Shown: positions 13,058 to 27,055, numbered from the stretch's first letter. The stretch: DNA of 64,000 bases from Octopus vulgaris (GCA_951406725.2 OX597818.1:79236001-79300000), one strand, 5' to 3'. The notes: generated from the letters alone by a model not told the origin. Program-made: numbers and translations.

Positions 13058-15639
13058 ATGTTTGTATGTGTGTGTGTGACTGTATATGTGCGCGCTCGCA
13101 CGTGCATTTATGCATGTATATGCACTTGCTCACACACATACACTCGCACTGCCGCTCTTTTTGACGATTTATAAGCAATATATGATGGTTGTTAAGTATT
13201 TATATAATTGGAGAAAAAGCAAGTTTATTAAAACAGCTATTTATAAAATTATCTAAATATAATTTGCTTATCAAGACGAAAGGTTTAGAAACTTTGAGTG
13301 AACCCTATGTCAATGACATGTTTTGTGATTTTAGTTATAACATTAAATACCGTTTATAGACGTTGACCATCGCCTAGATATTTCATCATGTTGCCCCTAA
13401 AGATAAATTTATTTCCCAAATATCGCGAAATGTGTGATTAATAGTTCCATGCACAATGTTAATATTTGTGATACATCTCGACAACAGTTGAAATCAGAAT
13501 CTCGAATTTATTTTGCCACTTTGCCGTTGGCATCCATAGAGCAAATAATATATCTACCAATGGACAATGGAGACTGAGATATGGAAATCTGACTGAGCTA
13601 TGCAACTACGTTTGAAAGAAAATGTAACTAGTCCCGTTGATACAGCAATATTTCTTCGTAGCTTCCAAATATGCAATAATTGTTCGATTGAAAAGAAACT
13701 TACCAAAGCCATCACGATCATGAATAATTCAAACATGTGAATAAGGTTTATTGCTTCGTATGGCATTCTTTAAAGAGTCAAAAGCATGTGGTTACTTTAG
13801 AATCGATATTTCGTTTCGACTCTCTTCTTCGGTTCCTGTTCGCTATGTCGAACAAAATGGCAAAAACTGTTGCATCCGGTACAGACAATCTAAAGATTAC
13901 TAGGAGACCGGTAGTCCCATTTCAGACACGGGAAGTTTGAAAATTAATGAGAACATGATTCTTTAAATTTTTATCGCTATAACCATTAGGATATTCATGT
14001 CAATTTTCTTCGTTAGACATCTTGGGATTTTGAAAGAATCCTAATGCTTCTAATATTTCACAAGACAATATATTAGAGTGCGTTGATCTCAATTCGTTTT
14101 TGTTTCTTTTCTTTCAATAAATTGTCAATACATCAGGTTCATAGATTAATGTTCCAACTCCAGAAATATGAGCTTGTGATACCAAATCTTCTTAAATATA
14201 AACTTGAAGTATAAACTCTATAATGATACTTTAATTTCTAAATTATCGTAAGAAAATCTGTATTCATTATTAATGAAATTCACGTACAAGTAATGGTGAC
14301 AGAGAAAGAATTGCAGGAAAGAAAATATATTTTTGTTCTACCACATTCTTTTTATTGATTTGCAGCATAGATTGTTCTTGTCCCGCAACATACGATAAAT
14401 TGGTTTAACGATGATCAGTGGTATATCACACCGTATTTGTTTATCGAATAACAGTTAGATAAAGACATCAGCATTAGAAACGTAATATGGATTTACACAA
14501 GAACTTTATATAAATGGATGCAACCTGCTCAGTAGTGAAGATAAGAAAGAATTTTATTCTGCCGTCTAAACTATTCGCTTTACTCTTTGTTCTCGTTATT
14601 ACTGTACATCTCTCCGAAAGAATCCCCATAAACTTTTATAAGAGAACAAATCTTATAAGTCTCATTTCATGAAAGATCAAAGTCTCTTTCCTTGTTGTAA
14701 ATCACGTATTCACTCATTGGAAAATAAATAATGGAAAGCATTCGAAATCGTCTTAAATGTTTTTACATCTTTCAAATCTAATTTTGAACTTTAAACTCAA
14801 CAAAGGCAAACATTTAATGTTGTAGGAGAATCCATAACTCAAAAATAGTAATCTTAATTTTAAATCTAACGTTATTGAAAATATATAGAAAGAGAAAGAG
14901 ATAGTTACTAGAATGAAGAAAGATGTGTCAGAGAATAACAAAGAGTGAAGGTAGGGAAGAGAAAGAGAGAGAGAGAGAGAAAGAGAAAGAGACTGGATAA
15001 CCACCCCGCTTTTGATTAGCAATTATGTTTTTTTCTAAAAATAAAAGATGGAAAAAAAAACTGATGTCAAAGAATGATAAAATATTAAATATTAAATATA
15101 AAAAAGAAAGCAATGAAGAACTTAGTATTTTTAAATGATGAGTGAATGATTAAATACTTTCATGGGAATATTTCTGTCTGGCTAAATAATTAATTTTCAA
15201 TTGCTTTGATATGAATATCCATTTTGGCATTTATTATAATGTTATCAATAATTCAATTCACTTCAGTTATGTACATATGTAAGTATGTTTAAGAAAGCAG
15301 TGAAGCATAGAGTTAACTGAATTATAAACAAAACATTATTTCGTAGTAAGTGGCCTTTTTTTTATATCAAAGTACACTTCACTTAAAAATTCTCTAACAG
15401 CAATTTGTTTTCCATTTCCAATTTTGTAGACGTAAATTTGATAAGAACTGACAGAACGGTGCAAGCAGCTTGTATGAGGATAAAATAGGATTTTACAAAC
15501 TTCCACAGTCAAAATAGAAATGACAAGTCCAGCTTTGGAGATTTTCGTTGTATAGAAATACGAATACTGTATTTTCAAAGTGAGTCTGCTTGTGTAATGG
15601 GATGAGATTGAAGTATTCATGTGACAAAACCATGACACC

Positions 15640-15840
15640 TGTGCTTTAAGCCAAGTGATAATTCTTGCTTAGGTGATCATATTATAATAGTCTATCATCT
15701 GGATTGTCTACCAAACAACAGAGTAACAAATAACTACCACTCCGCTGTACACCAGTCTCTGTTTTTGCAAACAGTTTTATATCATCCATGAATATAAGGT
15801 GGTTGAGATGAGGCGCGTTCTTTCTCAGCTCAAAGTACAC
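15640..15840 (-). mobile_element. Non-LTR RT fragment (R4/Dong-like)
   Basis: LNHLIFMDDIKLFAK catalytic motif. Confidence 0.65.
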
Positions 15841-16018
15841 GCTGACTTTGCATAGGACTACAGAAAGGTGAACACAAATACTTCTTTTGATTGTTACATT
15901 GGCCAACTGCTGGTTGTTACAGAAAAGACATATTTTCCAACTAGGTATGCTATTGTTAATTAATACAGACACAGTTTCAACAACTACACTTATGTCGATT
16001 ATTATTATTGTTGTTGTT

Positions 16019-16690
16019 GTTACCCTGCGCGCGTAAGCGAAAGCAGGGTATTGTAATCACTTATCCTTGCTTGTTTTTGCAAAATCACTGGAAAACAGTT
16101 GAATGGATTTTCACCTCATTTGGCAGAAATACGCATTGGGTGAGTGGCGTGAAATGATCAACATTTGGTTTGATTATCTTATGAAAAAACAAAATAAAAT
16201 ATTTCAAAACTCGAACTTACAAGTGGTCATATTATTTTGTTCACTTTCATTTTCATATGAATCGACCCTCGTCTGCGAGTGTATAGATCATGGTGTACCT
16301 ATGCGCGTTGACACGTGTATATAATACATACATACATACATACATACATACATGCATACATACATACATACATACATACATACATACATACATACATACA
16401 TACATACATACATACATACATACATGCATACATACATATGTGACTCTGTATGTGTGTGCGTGAGCGCACGTGCGTGTGTAAACACGGATAGATTCGAGTG
16501 CTCCTTTTATTTACGAGCTGGTTTCTTAATTTCACCGTAGTATCAATACTCGTAATGGTGATAATTAAAAAAAATATTCAGTTCAATCAAAAAGCATGGG
16601 TGAGCAACGCATTGTAAGCCACAATATAATTTGCGAAAAAATGTATCTGTCCGCAGGGTATGTATCACCCCCGCGATGCCTTTTCTTTTT
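16019..16690 (+). mobile_element. Helentron-associated non-autonomous element (HINE/DINE-1-like)
   Basis: 5' subTIR taccctgc (16021) with nearby inverted gcagggta (16043); 3' subTIR gcagggta (16653), short hairpin gtatcac-cccc-gcgatgc, T-rich end; internal (TACA)n. Confidence 0.75.
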
Positions 16691-16699
16691 CATTCTACA

Positions 16700-17620
16700 T
16701 ATGTTATTACACTTTAAGATGGTTAACAGAGATGATATCAAATTTGGTAATGACAAGTTCTCCCAGATCTCAAGAATCTTTCTTAGGCTTTTTGCTCAAA
16801 AGGATAACACTGTTCTGCAGGTCGACTATGCATATTTCAATTCCAATATCCTTCATCCTCTTAGGAAGCAGCTTTCACATACTTAACAGAGCTGATTGAG
16901 TCATCTGCATTATAAAAATTTCTGCATTCTGATATTCTGAATCTGCTTAGTTTTCTTCGTAAACACTCTACTATTATACGGATTGCAAAACCAATACTTT
17001 TACACTACTTTTTTGTTTCCACGATAAAATTTGATCATATTGCTTCACAGTATAGTCATCAGTATGGAGAAAACCCATAAATTCCACTAAACATCATCCA
17101 TCATCACAGACTCTGGACCGTATTCAAACTAATTTTACCGCAATTCAAACCTAGAAATCGGGGTCGTCCGAACGCACTTTTTTGTCGATACAGACATACT
17201 TCTTTTGTTTTTGTACTAGCTTCCTGCACTCAGATGATAGTTAATACTTTCGTCATTTTTCCACACATTCTGAATTTGATGTCTTACTAAGTTTATTAAT
17301 CTTTTTATCTTTCAAAATTCAATCTATTGGCTTGTTTCTAAGCGGTTGTAATTAACGATTTTGGCTCTCGTTTCAGCTCTTTATCTGTCAGCTACAATTA
17401 GGGTTGTACATTTTCTACATGGATTTCTTACTCTTTCCAGGTTTTTGTCCTCTTAAAATTTTCATTATTTCATTACCTTATTCGATATTTCTTACTTCAG
17501 ATATTTCGTCCTCACAATTTATAACGTAGTTGTCATACCTAACAGAGCTTATTGAGTCATCTGCACCATACAAATCTCTGCACCCTTCACTTTTTGGTAA
17601 ATACCTCCAACATTATGCCG
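16700..17620 (-). mobile_element. Decayed RT-like sequence present twice (about 16840-16970 and 17495-17620)
   Basis: catac.taacagagct.attgagtcatctgca duplicated; minus strand reads Y.ADDSISSV.Y. Confidence 0.35.
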
Positions 17621-18196
17621 ATCATCACGTAAGCTAGCCACAGAAAATGCGATGAAATTAGGAGTGCAGCACATGTACTCCAAATGCTATAACTATGGTA
17701 GCCAAAACAGCTAGACACAAAATGAAAGAGAAAAGCAATGAATTATTGCTAATAAGCGGTAGATTATGTTTCTGCTTTTAAGGAGAACGCTCCGCTGTCA
17801 GTACCAGAAACTGACGAGGAAGAGGACAGTTAGATACTGCTGAAGATGTGTTTACAACAATGCTAGTGAACCACTCAAATTCTCACTAGAATACCGGCAG
17901 CAGTACCATTTCATTGTCGTATGACGAGAAGGTATGAACGGGAAAAATCCAAAATGTCAATGAGAACGCGAAAAATGAAAAAAAAGTCACACCAGAAAAG
18001 CACATAAAATAATGTAAAATAGAGAAGCCTCATAAGAACAACAATGATGAAAGTATAAGGTGAAATGAAAATCACCTTTTCTACGTTATAGAAAAAATGT
18101 AATGTGTACGTTTCCTTGGTGTATAAAAGAAAGGCACTTCTGTAGACAAATAAACTTTATTATAATCAGATAAAAGAAAAGAGCCGTAAGGTTGTT

Positions 18197-18745
18197 TTAG
18201 ATTGTCCGGAAGGTTCTGAGCGTTTTTAATATACAAATAGAGATATAAATAATTGATCTTTCAATAAATTTTATTCAATGAAATAATTTCCATTATTATT
18301 AATGACCTTTGCTCATAAGGCAATTTAATATTCCATCCGCATAAAATTTGACTGATTTTGAAGAAAAACAGTTATCTAGATGCATTTCGACTCCATCTAA
18401 ATCGTTAACTGTTTTTCTTTGCAGTGAGTTCTGTAAAGATACAAACGATTGGTAGTCGGGTGGCACAATATCAGGAGAATATCGCGGATGAGTTAAGAGA
18501 TCCCAGGCAAGTTCATGTACCATTTTACGGGTAGCCAAAGATACATGTGGTTAGACAGTGTCTTGGAACTCCTGTTGGCAATCTTCCGCCTCAATGTTTT
18601 GATTTTTTTCGTTCAAATTAGCCGGCTTACGACAGTACACATCAGAATTAATGGTCTGGTTTTGTGGGATAAGTTCATAATAAATAATGCATTTATGATC
18701 CCACCAAACACAAAGCATAGCGAAATTGTCACTCGCCCCCACTCA
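18197..18745 (-). mobile_element. Mariner transposase 3' half with terminal repeat
   Basis: MLCVWWDHKCIIYYEL, WDLLTHPRYSPDIVPPDY motifs; TIR-like tagattgtccggaaggttc. Confidence 0.9.
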
Positions 18746-18829
18746 CTCTAGATGTAAATGATAGTGGTAGTAGCAGGGAGAGTAACAACAGCAATGACAA
18801 CAACAACCACAGTGGAAGTGTCAGGAGTA

Positions 18830-19830
18830 ATGGGAATTCGATAAAGGAAACATGAAATATAACTAGAAGCAGTCAGTTGTACAAAGAAAATACCACCACC
18901 ACTACGACCACCACACAAATCAGTAAAATTTCGAACAAAGAAAGAGAAGGTCCAGATAGAAATAACGTTTCCTTCGCAAAAGTTACAAATAAGTTTGAAA
19001 TCATGTTGTTAAAGGATAAGGAAGAACATTTAAAGGACGCTGAGTGGATTATAAGAAGTGAAGGAAGAAAGGCCACACTAAATGTGTTTCAAAACTTGCT
19101 ACAGGCAACAAAAAAAGAAAACATTTGTTTGTGCAGATCTCTGTCCATGAAAACAAGAAGACTGGAAGAAATACTGAGCTCTGCCTGAAAAATACATGGG
19201 GGAATGTCAGCTTTGCCTTCCACGCCCCAAAGTTCGACTACATCAAGGTCATATTCCTGTTTGAATCACTAGCACAAAAACATTCAACTGTCCTATTAAA
19301 AATGGGACTGAGAGTGATCCGAATAAAAATAAGTAACATGCCACCAGAAATCAATTTCTTGTGGGTAGTGAAAGCCGTGCTGCTGGGAGATCCTAGAAGT
19401 CCCCTAGAAATCCCAAAATCCCCAAAGGAGAACTGGGTTGGGATAGGGTTGGAAATTCTACTGCAAGTAAAACCAGAAACTGTAGAGAAAATTCCCGACC
19501 TGCAGGTAATCGTGGAAGAAAGAAGGCCGTGATGTTACTTCTGTGGTGATTCAGGTCACATCAGAGTCTATTGCCCGAAGGAAAGAAGGATAAGAGGGAA
19601 AGTGAGCCGCAGCAACCATTAATACCACTGCAACCACAACAACAACTGCGGCAGCAAGAACAGCAAAAACAGCACCAGCAGAGACAATTGGATATAACAG
19701 TATCCACAAAAACCACTACAGCATCGGCAGCAGCTGGGGCTACAACAACTGCTGGAGTGGAAACAACTGCACTACATCAAGCAGAATGCACATCACAGCA
19801 GCAAAAACTACATCAAAGCCAGTAATAACA
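18830..19830 (+). pseudogene. Non-LTR retrotransposon ORF1 (gag-like, CCHC zinc knuckle), disrupted
   Basis: VIRIKISNMPPE...QVIVEERRP*CYFCGDSGHIRVYCP (CX2CX4HX4C at 19533-19574) followed by a Q/T-rich linker; frameshifts. Confidence 0.7.
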
Positions 19831-19844
19831 ATGGCAGCAACAGG

Positions 19845-20317
19845 GAATGTATACCCGTCATGACTACCCGTCTGCTAAGGGTACACCAGGCACATGCATC
19901 ACAACTTTGTGCATGACATGATGATCTCATATCAAGATAAAGAGCGTATGACCTTGCAGGAGGAGCCCAGATAGAATTTTCTTCGGGATGGGTAGTCCAT
20001 CCCACACAGAAGGTCCCTGAATAAGGGTTGTATAAGGATGTTGAACAAAATACCTATGTTTCCAAATGTAAATTATGCAAACCTATGATGCGCCCCCATT
20101 ACTTCTGCACGTGATCAGAGATGCGCATATCGTCAGCCACTATGGTTCATGCTCAACTGGTTATGATCAAACAACTGACAAGCAAATCTGTAGTATTGAG
20201 CAGAATATATGATGTAGCCCATCTTTTATACCAAGACAAAACAACGTACATGATAACACTTCCAATCAATTAAGATCAGGAGCCAAGAGAGCCACTGCTT
20301 GGTACTGCATCAGGGCA

Positions 20318-20320
<3 letters not shown>
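19845..20320. mobile_element. Interspersed repeat of unclear class ending at an (ATT)n/(TAG)n tract
   Basis: Higher-complexity block ending gtactgcatcagggca next to a microsatellite. Confidence 0.35.
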
Positions 20321-20730
<410 letters not shown>

Positions 20731-21319
20731 GAGCGGCTGTAACGGTCATATTATTTTCAATATTACCTGAAAAGTAAAAGAATATCATAAAGAAAGGTCA
20801 AATTATTTTTATATTCTCTCATCTAAATTTTAATTTAAACATACAATACCGCTAAGATCTTTAATAAAATCAGATATGAGAAGAAATCTTATCAAATTCA
20901 AGATTGTTTGATTCTTTATGACACATTTCTATTCTTAAATATTTTTTCGTTTTGTTCTTTGTAACTTGCCATAATTCTGTCCAAGTGAAAAAAAAAGAAA
21001 CAAAATATTTAAGATTGATCTTCATAAAAATTAGAAAAAGTCGTGAAAAAATGCCAAAGAAATGTAATTTCACTTCATTGGGTGTCTTTCGCTTTCGGTA
21101 CATGTTTTATTTCTTACTCAATTAAAAACAATGCCATAGAAGAATTCAGTTGTAATTTTGCCCACGTTTTTTTTTTGTTTTCAATTTTATTTATTACCTT
21201 ATTTACTTTTGATAATGATATTGTGTAAATTAATGCAAATGATTGTTTAACCGATATCTTTTCCCTCTAGTATTATAGACGTTAACCGCAGATTCCCAGT
21301 AAATGTCGTTTGTATATGC

Positions 21320-21395
<76 letters not shown>

Positions 21396-21400
21396 GTCTG

Positions 21401-21473
<73 letters not shown>

Positions 21474-21684
21474 ATATCTATCTATTTCTCTGTCTGTCAA
21501 TCTGTATCGATCGATATAGTATTATCATTTTATCTATCTACCTCTTTCTCCAGCCCATCTCTCTCTCTCTCTTTCTCTTTCTCTGTGTATATATATATAT
21601 ATATGCATACACAAACATACGTACACAGACACACACACATGTACATGCCTTAACGGAATATAAAGCCATATGCACATGTGTATC

Positions 21685-21730
<46 letters not shown>
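21320..21730. repeat. (TATC)n, (CT)n, (TA)n compound microsatellite
   Basis: Direct reading. Confidence 0.9.
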
Positions 21731-21731
<1 letters not shown>

Positions 21732-21733
<2 letters not shown>

Positions 21734-23170
21734 GGTTTACTGTTCCATTAAATGTACTGTATCCAAAAATATACAGTTTCCAGTGAGAGATAAATATCAT
21801 TTAATGCACAGAGTATAAAGATAAGAGTTACTAACAGTCTGTTGCTTCGGAGACGCGGGTCAAGGCATGTTTTTATAATATGCCTTGTGTCTCTAAGTAA
21901 CGTTCGGGCTCTGAGCACATAGTCTATTCAATTTGCAAATCAGAACATGGGTACAACAAAATCACGAGAAAATAACGATAAGATAGATACAAAAATTGGA
22001 AGGGTGAATACAAACAGGAAAAAGACAAAAACGAAAAGAAAATTAGTATTATGTCCCCCTTAACTGTAAAGCCATAATTAACGTAACCATAGATTATAAT
22101 GCAATGGAGAATGGTGCAAAGTCTACAAAACAGCTGCTCAATCCGAAGGAGGTAGTGTTTACCAGTTCGCCAAAACAAATTTGTTTGTATTCTTTTATTC
22201 TTTTTCTTGTTTCAGTAATTTGACTGCGGCCATGCACCGCCTTTACTCGAACAAATCGACCCAAGTATTTATTCTTTGTAAGCCTAGGACTTATTCATTC
22301 GGTCTCTTTTGCCGAACTGCTAAGTTACGGGGACGTAAATACACCAACGTCAGTTGTCAAGCAATGGTGCGGGGACAAACACAGACACACAAACATGCAC
22401 ATATACGATGGGCTTCTTTCAGTTTCTGTCTACCAAATCTACTTACACGGCTTTGGTCGTCCCGAGGCTATAGCTGAAAACTCTTGCCCAAGATGCCACG
22501 CAGTGGCACTACATCTGGAAATGTGTAGTTGAGAAGCAAGCTACTTACCACACAGCCACACCTGCGCCTATGTTTGTATTTGCTGAAGACTTGGGATCTG
22601 GAATTCACTGTTAGATCTAAGGCGAATATGTGCGATCTTTCAGCTACGCAAAAACTGCATTTCATAGACCCATTAACATACGGCATGGACTTTTCTACGA
22701 TTCTCTACATGATTGTATATGGCATTCAGTTGGACATCAGACCACATACGTGGCCTATCAACTTAGTGTCTATACCTTTATCTATGTTCCGGAAAGAAGA
22801 CAGTGGTTTGCATAATGCTTTTTGAAATCGCCTTCACATAACTTTTTGCAACGTTTCTTTTCCGTTAGGTTGTTTTCACGCTTTGGTGTGACTTTTGCTT
22901 CATACAGGATGAAGTTTATCGTACACACTGGGTCAGGTGGGCAAGATTGAGAGTCTTGACAGTTACAACCAAGAATGGACTCTTGGTCATGCTTGCGAAT
23001 GATAATATTCTTCATATGAGTCAACAATTGTATAATATTTTAATCAAGCATCTGTTAAAAATCTTCCTGCATTTGTGTTTCACTGGAAAGTGCTTATCTA
23101 AAAGAGGCGGAAATCACTTGCCTGCATTAGTTTTTATATTTACTGAGAAAGTGAGGAGGAACTATATTAT
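21732..23170 (-). mobile_element. Penelope-like element: GIY-YIG endonuclease region plus 3' non-coding part, interrupted by a SINE
   Basis: LLDKHFPVKHKCRKIFN, MKNII..H...CNC....CP....C....LYEAKV...CEGDFKKHYANH, CVAERSHI...NSRSQVFSKYKH. Confidence 0.8.
22192..22570 (-). mobile_element. tRNA-derived SINE with 10-bp TSD
   Basis: Head aggcgcaggtgtggctgtgtggtaag; TSD tgtttgtatt at 22182-22191 and 22571-22580. Confidence 0.85.
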
Positions 23171-23989
23171 TTTCTTAGGTCGATTTTTAGATCTATTTAT
23201 ATGAATAATAAAAGTTTGTTCATATATACGTGTGACGTTTTAATAGAACTGATTTTGCTGTGAATTTTTGTGCTGAATAGTCGACGTATATATATCTAGT
23301 ATGTCTGTGCGTTTGTGTGTGTGCGTACACTCACGAGCGTGTGTATGTTCGTTTGTACAGGTTTGCGTGTTGTCCATTCACATGTTCTAGTACTTGGTGC
23401 TTAGGGTTTCATTGGTTTTAAATGTTTGACGTATTTTTAACTTTTAATTCTTTTATAGTAATATTTATCTTAGTAATGTATATATATATGTATATATATA
23501 TATTTAGTGAGGGAAGAAATGGAGCTGAAAGAAGATTTTACAAAATTCCTTTTTATTATTTTCTACATATGTCTCAAAGGCTGCAAAGTCCCTAATTCGG
23601 ATTGAATAAGGAGACCATTTTGTAGCTTTCTCTTCAGGAAAATCCAGGAACTTAAATCTCCAACAAAGTGCGCAGCAAGTTTTTCGACAAACGCTCTCTA
23701 GGAGCCCATGGTATGAATGGCACAAAACTGTCTCTCAATATGCGTTGACGTCGGGCTGGGTGAAAGCCGACGAAAAAGTCCGTTGAGATAATTCGAGGTC
23801 AAAATCCGGTTAACATGGGGGAGGGGAAGAATTACAGAAAACCAAAGAGTGTGAATATATTCTGTATGACTAGTGTTAATATTCGAATTGTTTTAAGAAT
23901 GAGTGCTATCGTGTTAGGGTGTGAGAAATTGCCTACATGTATGTGTGTGTGCGCCTATGTATGTGTGGCAGTATGTTTAGGAAGCTGCT

Positions 23990-24025
<36 letters not shown>

Positions 24026-24234
24026 ATTCACATGCGCATTTTCACAGACATACATCTATAATTAAACACAAGTATATACACTTACACACACATAAAGCTG
24101 TAAGGCTGCAGTGTGCATTTATTCTTAGAATCATCAGGTAATGGGATGTTAGTACTTCCATATTTTCTGTTTCATTCATTCTCCATTCCAGACATTGCTT
24201 CTATTGTCTTAATGCAACAATAATCTACGCAGCT

Positions 24235-24420
24235 CGAGCAAAATGCTTAGCGCTTTTCGTCTGTCATTATGTTCTGAGTCCAAATTCCTCTGAGTTCAAG
24301 CTTGCTTTTCTTTCTCGCTGAGTCGAGAAAATAAGTACCAGCAAAGAACTAGGGTCGATGTGAGCGACTTACCCACACGCTCGAACTTCCTGGTCTTGTG
24401 CGAAAGTCTGAAATCAATAT
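24235..24420 (+). mobile_element. SINE (3773 family), decayed
   Basis: aaatgcttagcg...gttctgagtccaaattc...aaaataagtaccagc. Confidence 0.65.
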
Positions 24421-25085
24421 TCTTTAATAAGCCGTCATGCTTCTCACTTTCATGTAGAATACAAATACCAGTTTATCCTTTATTCTCACTCCATTGCTCT
24501 ATTCCCCTTTCTGATGTGCTACGAGGGATTTCCTGCTATAAGTGGTGGTGGTGGTGCACCTGCCTTTACCTTAAATTCATCTCATACGGTAAACTGAATT
24601 TCTAGTCATAAAATATGCTTTGGGATTCATTTTGTTTATCATGCTAAAGTTATTTGCACAAGTGATCTATTTGAAGAGCATGTCCTTATCTAACCATGAT
24701 CTAATGGCTCTACATGGGTTCCCGACAACTTCAATGTTAAATTTCACTTAACTTAATGCATTCCTAAATTTCATAGGCTAGATGCCCTTTGGCAGGAACC
24801 TTCGGTAGTCGTTGCTCCTTGGAATTCTCCATAATATATAACACGAGTTTACCTGCTTTCTCATACCTTCTAATCTATTCCATTACTTGTTCTGAAAACA
24901 TGAGCCAGGTAATATTTGTATATTTCATGATAATGTATTCTAACGTGCTTTGGATCCTTTTCATTAGATTCTTCAAAGCCATGAAAAGAAAAAAGAAAAA
25001 TATCGCCATAAATGAAAAAAATTAAATCTGACATACGCGCACACACACACAAACATACACACATACACACGCACACACGTACACA

Positions 25086-25143
<58 letters not shown>

Positions 25144-26079
25144 TATATATATATATATATGTATATATGTCACAGTTTGACATGTAAATTTTATAAGAAT
25201 AACTTGAATTTGTGAAATTTCAAAACTATTACCATGAAAGATTAAATCAATCTCTTATTCAGCTTATTTCTCCGTTCATTTCAGATGACTCAAAGCGCTT
25301 TTACATTTTCTTATAATATACATGTATGTGTGTATGCGCATGTGTGTATATACATAAATACACACTCACACACACACACACATATATATATATATGGTGG
25401 GGAAGTATAGTAACAACTACTAGCTTATCGTAGCAAATCACTCATACACTCACTTCAATGAAAGGTTGACTACTTCAAGAAATAGAGTTAAATATATTTC
25501 CTTTAATCTCATGTAAGCAATTTTATAAATGTATTTTTGTCGTACAATTTCAGTTTTCAAAACGAAACTTGAATAGATAGCATGGAGATATGAACAGATT
25601 TATAAACTGCACAGTAGTATCAATAAGAAAATCATACTAAGATAATATTTCAAAGAATAAAATTCCATGGTGAACATTTAAATAGGATTTTCTGCGGTGA
25701 CAATCTCTTTATATTGCGGCTGACACTCACTTTTTAGAACGTCTTTTATCTCTGGTTGTTTTTATATCGACACCACGTGATTGAATTCTATAGGATTACC
25801 GGGCGTGAGGAAAATAGCGCTTACGACAGGCTCTGGTGAAATAAATCACGATGGAATCAAATTTTTTCCACGGCAGAAAAATAGTATATATTTTATATAT
25901 TTTACTTCAGTGGTGTATCATAACCAGTTGCTTCTCTAGCATTTCTTCAGGTTAAATAGCTCTGTATAACATATATTCGTTGAGCTTCTTTTAGTGAGTT
26001 AATTCTTGAGATTTTTATTGCTCATCACGCACATACATATATGTATGTATGTATGTATGCATTTGTATATATATAGTTT

Positions 26080-26116
<37 letters not shown>

Positions 26117-26133
26117 CAGACAGACAGACAGAC

Positions 26134-26170
<37 letters not shown>

Positions 26171-26248
26171 TATAGATAGACTGATAGATAGCTGTATATA
26201 TGTATAAGTATATACATATCTTTGTAAATATATGCATAAATAAATATG

Positions 26249-26294
<46 letters not shown>

Positions 26295-26295
<1 letters not shown>

Positions 26296-26400
26296 TGGCA
26301 CTGCGTCAGTAACGACTACCAGTGCCCCAGTAGATCCGATCAACGTAACAGCTTGCACATGAAATTACCGTTCAAGTGACAAAGCACTCCACAGACTCAA
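26295..26400 (-). mobile_element. SINE 3' fragment (42915/49615 family)
   Basis: Similar to 49615-49710. Confidence 0.55.
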
Positions 26401-26409
26401 ATACATATA

Positions 26410-26585
26410 CAGTTCTATATTTGAGATGAGGAATTATGTACATTATTTACATTTTTACATTTGACGGATATTTGTCCTCATCTTGTTTGTTGTTAACACA
26501 ACGTTTCGGCTGATATAACCTCCAGCCTTCATCAGGTGTCTTGGGGAGATTTCGAACCTGGGTTTTCATTCCCAAGGTACTTTTC

Positions 26586-26629
<44 letters not shown>

Positions 26630-26630
26630 G

Positions 26631-26693
<63 letters not shown>

Positions 26694-26770
26694 ATTATTA
26701 TTATTCAGGTCACTGCCTGGAATCGAACTCGGAATCTTGGGGTTAGTAGCCTGCGCTCTTAACCACTACG
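26410..26770 (-). mobile_element. tRNA-headed element with internal (TAA)n and a hammerhead-containing body
   Basis: Head cgtagtggttaagagcgcaggctactaaccccaagattccgagttcgattccagg (A and B boxes). Confidence 0.7.
26495..26540 (-). ncRNA. Minimal type I hammerhead ribozyme
   Basis: gacac-CUGAUGA-a-ggcug..cagcc-GAAACGUU-guguu. Confidence 0.75.
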
Positions 26771-26779
26771 TTACATTCT

Positions 26780-27000
26780 TTTACATGTTTCAGTCATTAA
26801 ACTGCGAACAATTTGGGCCAGTGCCCTGAAGGAATTTTAGTCGAATAAATCGATGCTAGAACTTCTTTTTTTATGCTTTATACTTATTCTTTCGGGTTGT
26901 TTTGCCGAACCGCTCGTTACGAGTACATAAGCACACCAAAACCGATTGTCAAGTGTAGTGGCGGACAACACACAAACATAAAGACATACAAAAACACACT
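26780..27000 (-). mobile_element. SINE 3' half
   Basis: Similar to 38900-39090. Confidence 0.6.
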
Positions 27001-27055
27001 CACACATACAAACATATATGCACGCACGCACACACAGCCACATTTGTATATAAAC

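Noticed and set aside
25921-25955. Minus-strand CUGAAGA + hairpin
   Set aside because: GAAA element missing; at most a dead remnant
26706-26770. tRNA gene
   Set aside because: Acceptor stem incomplete; SINE-type head, as for the other tRNA-like sequences in the window
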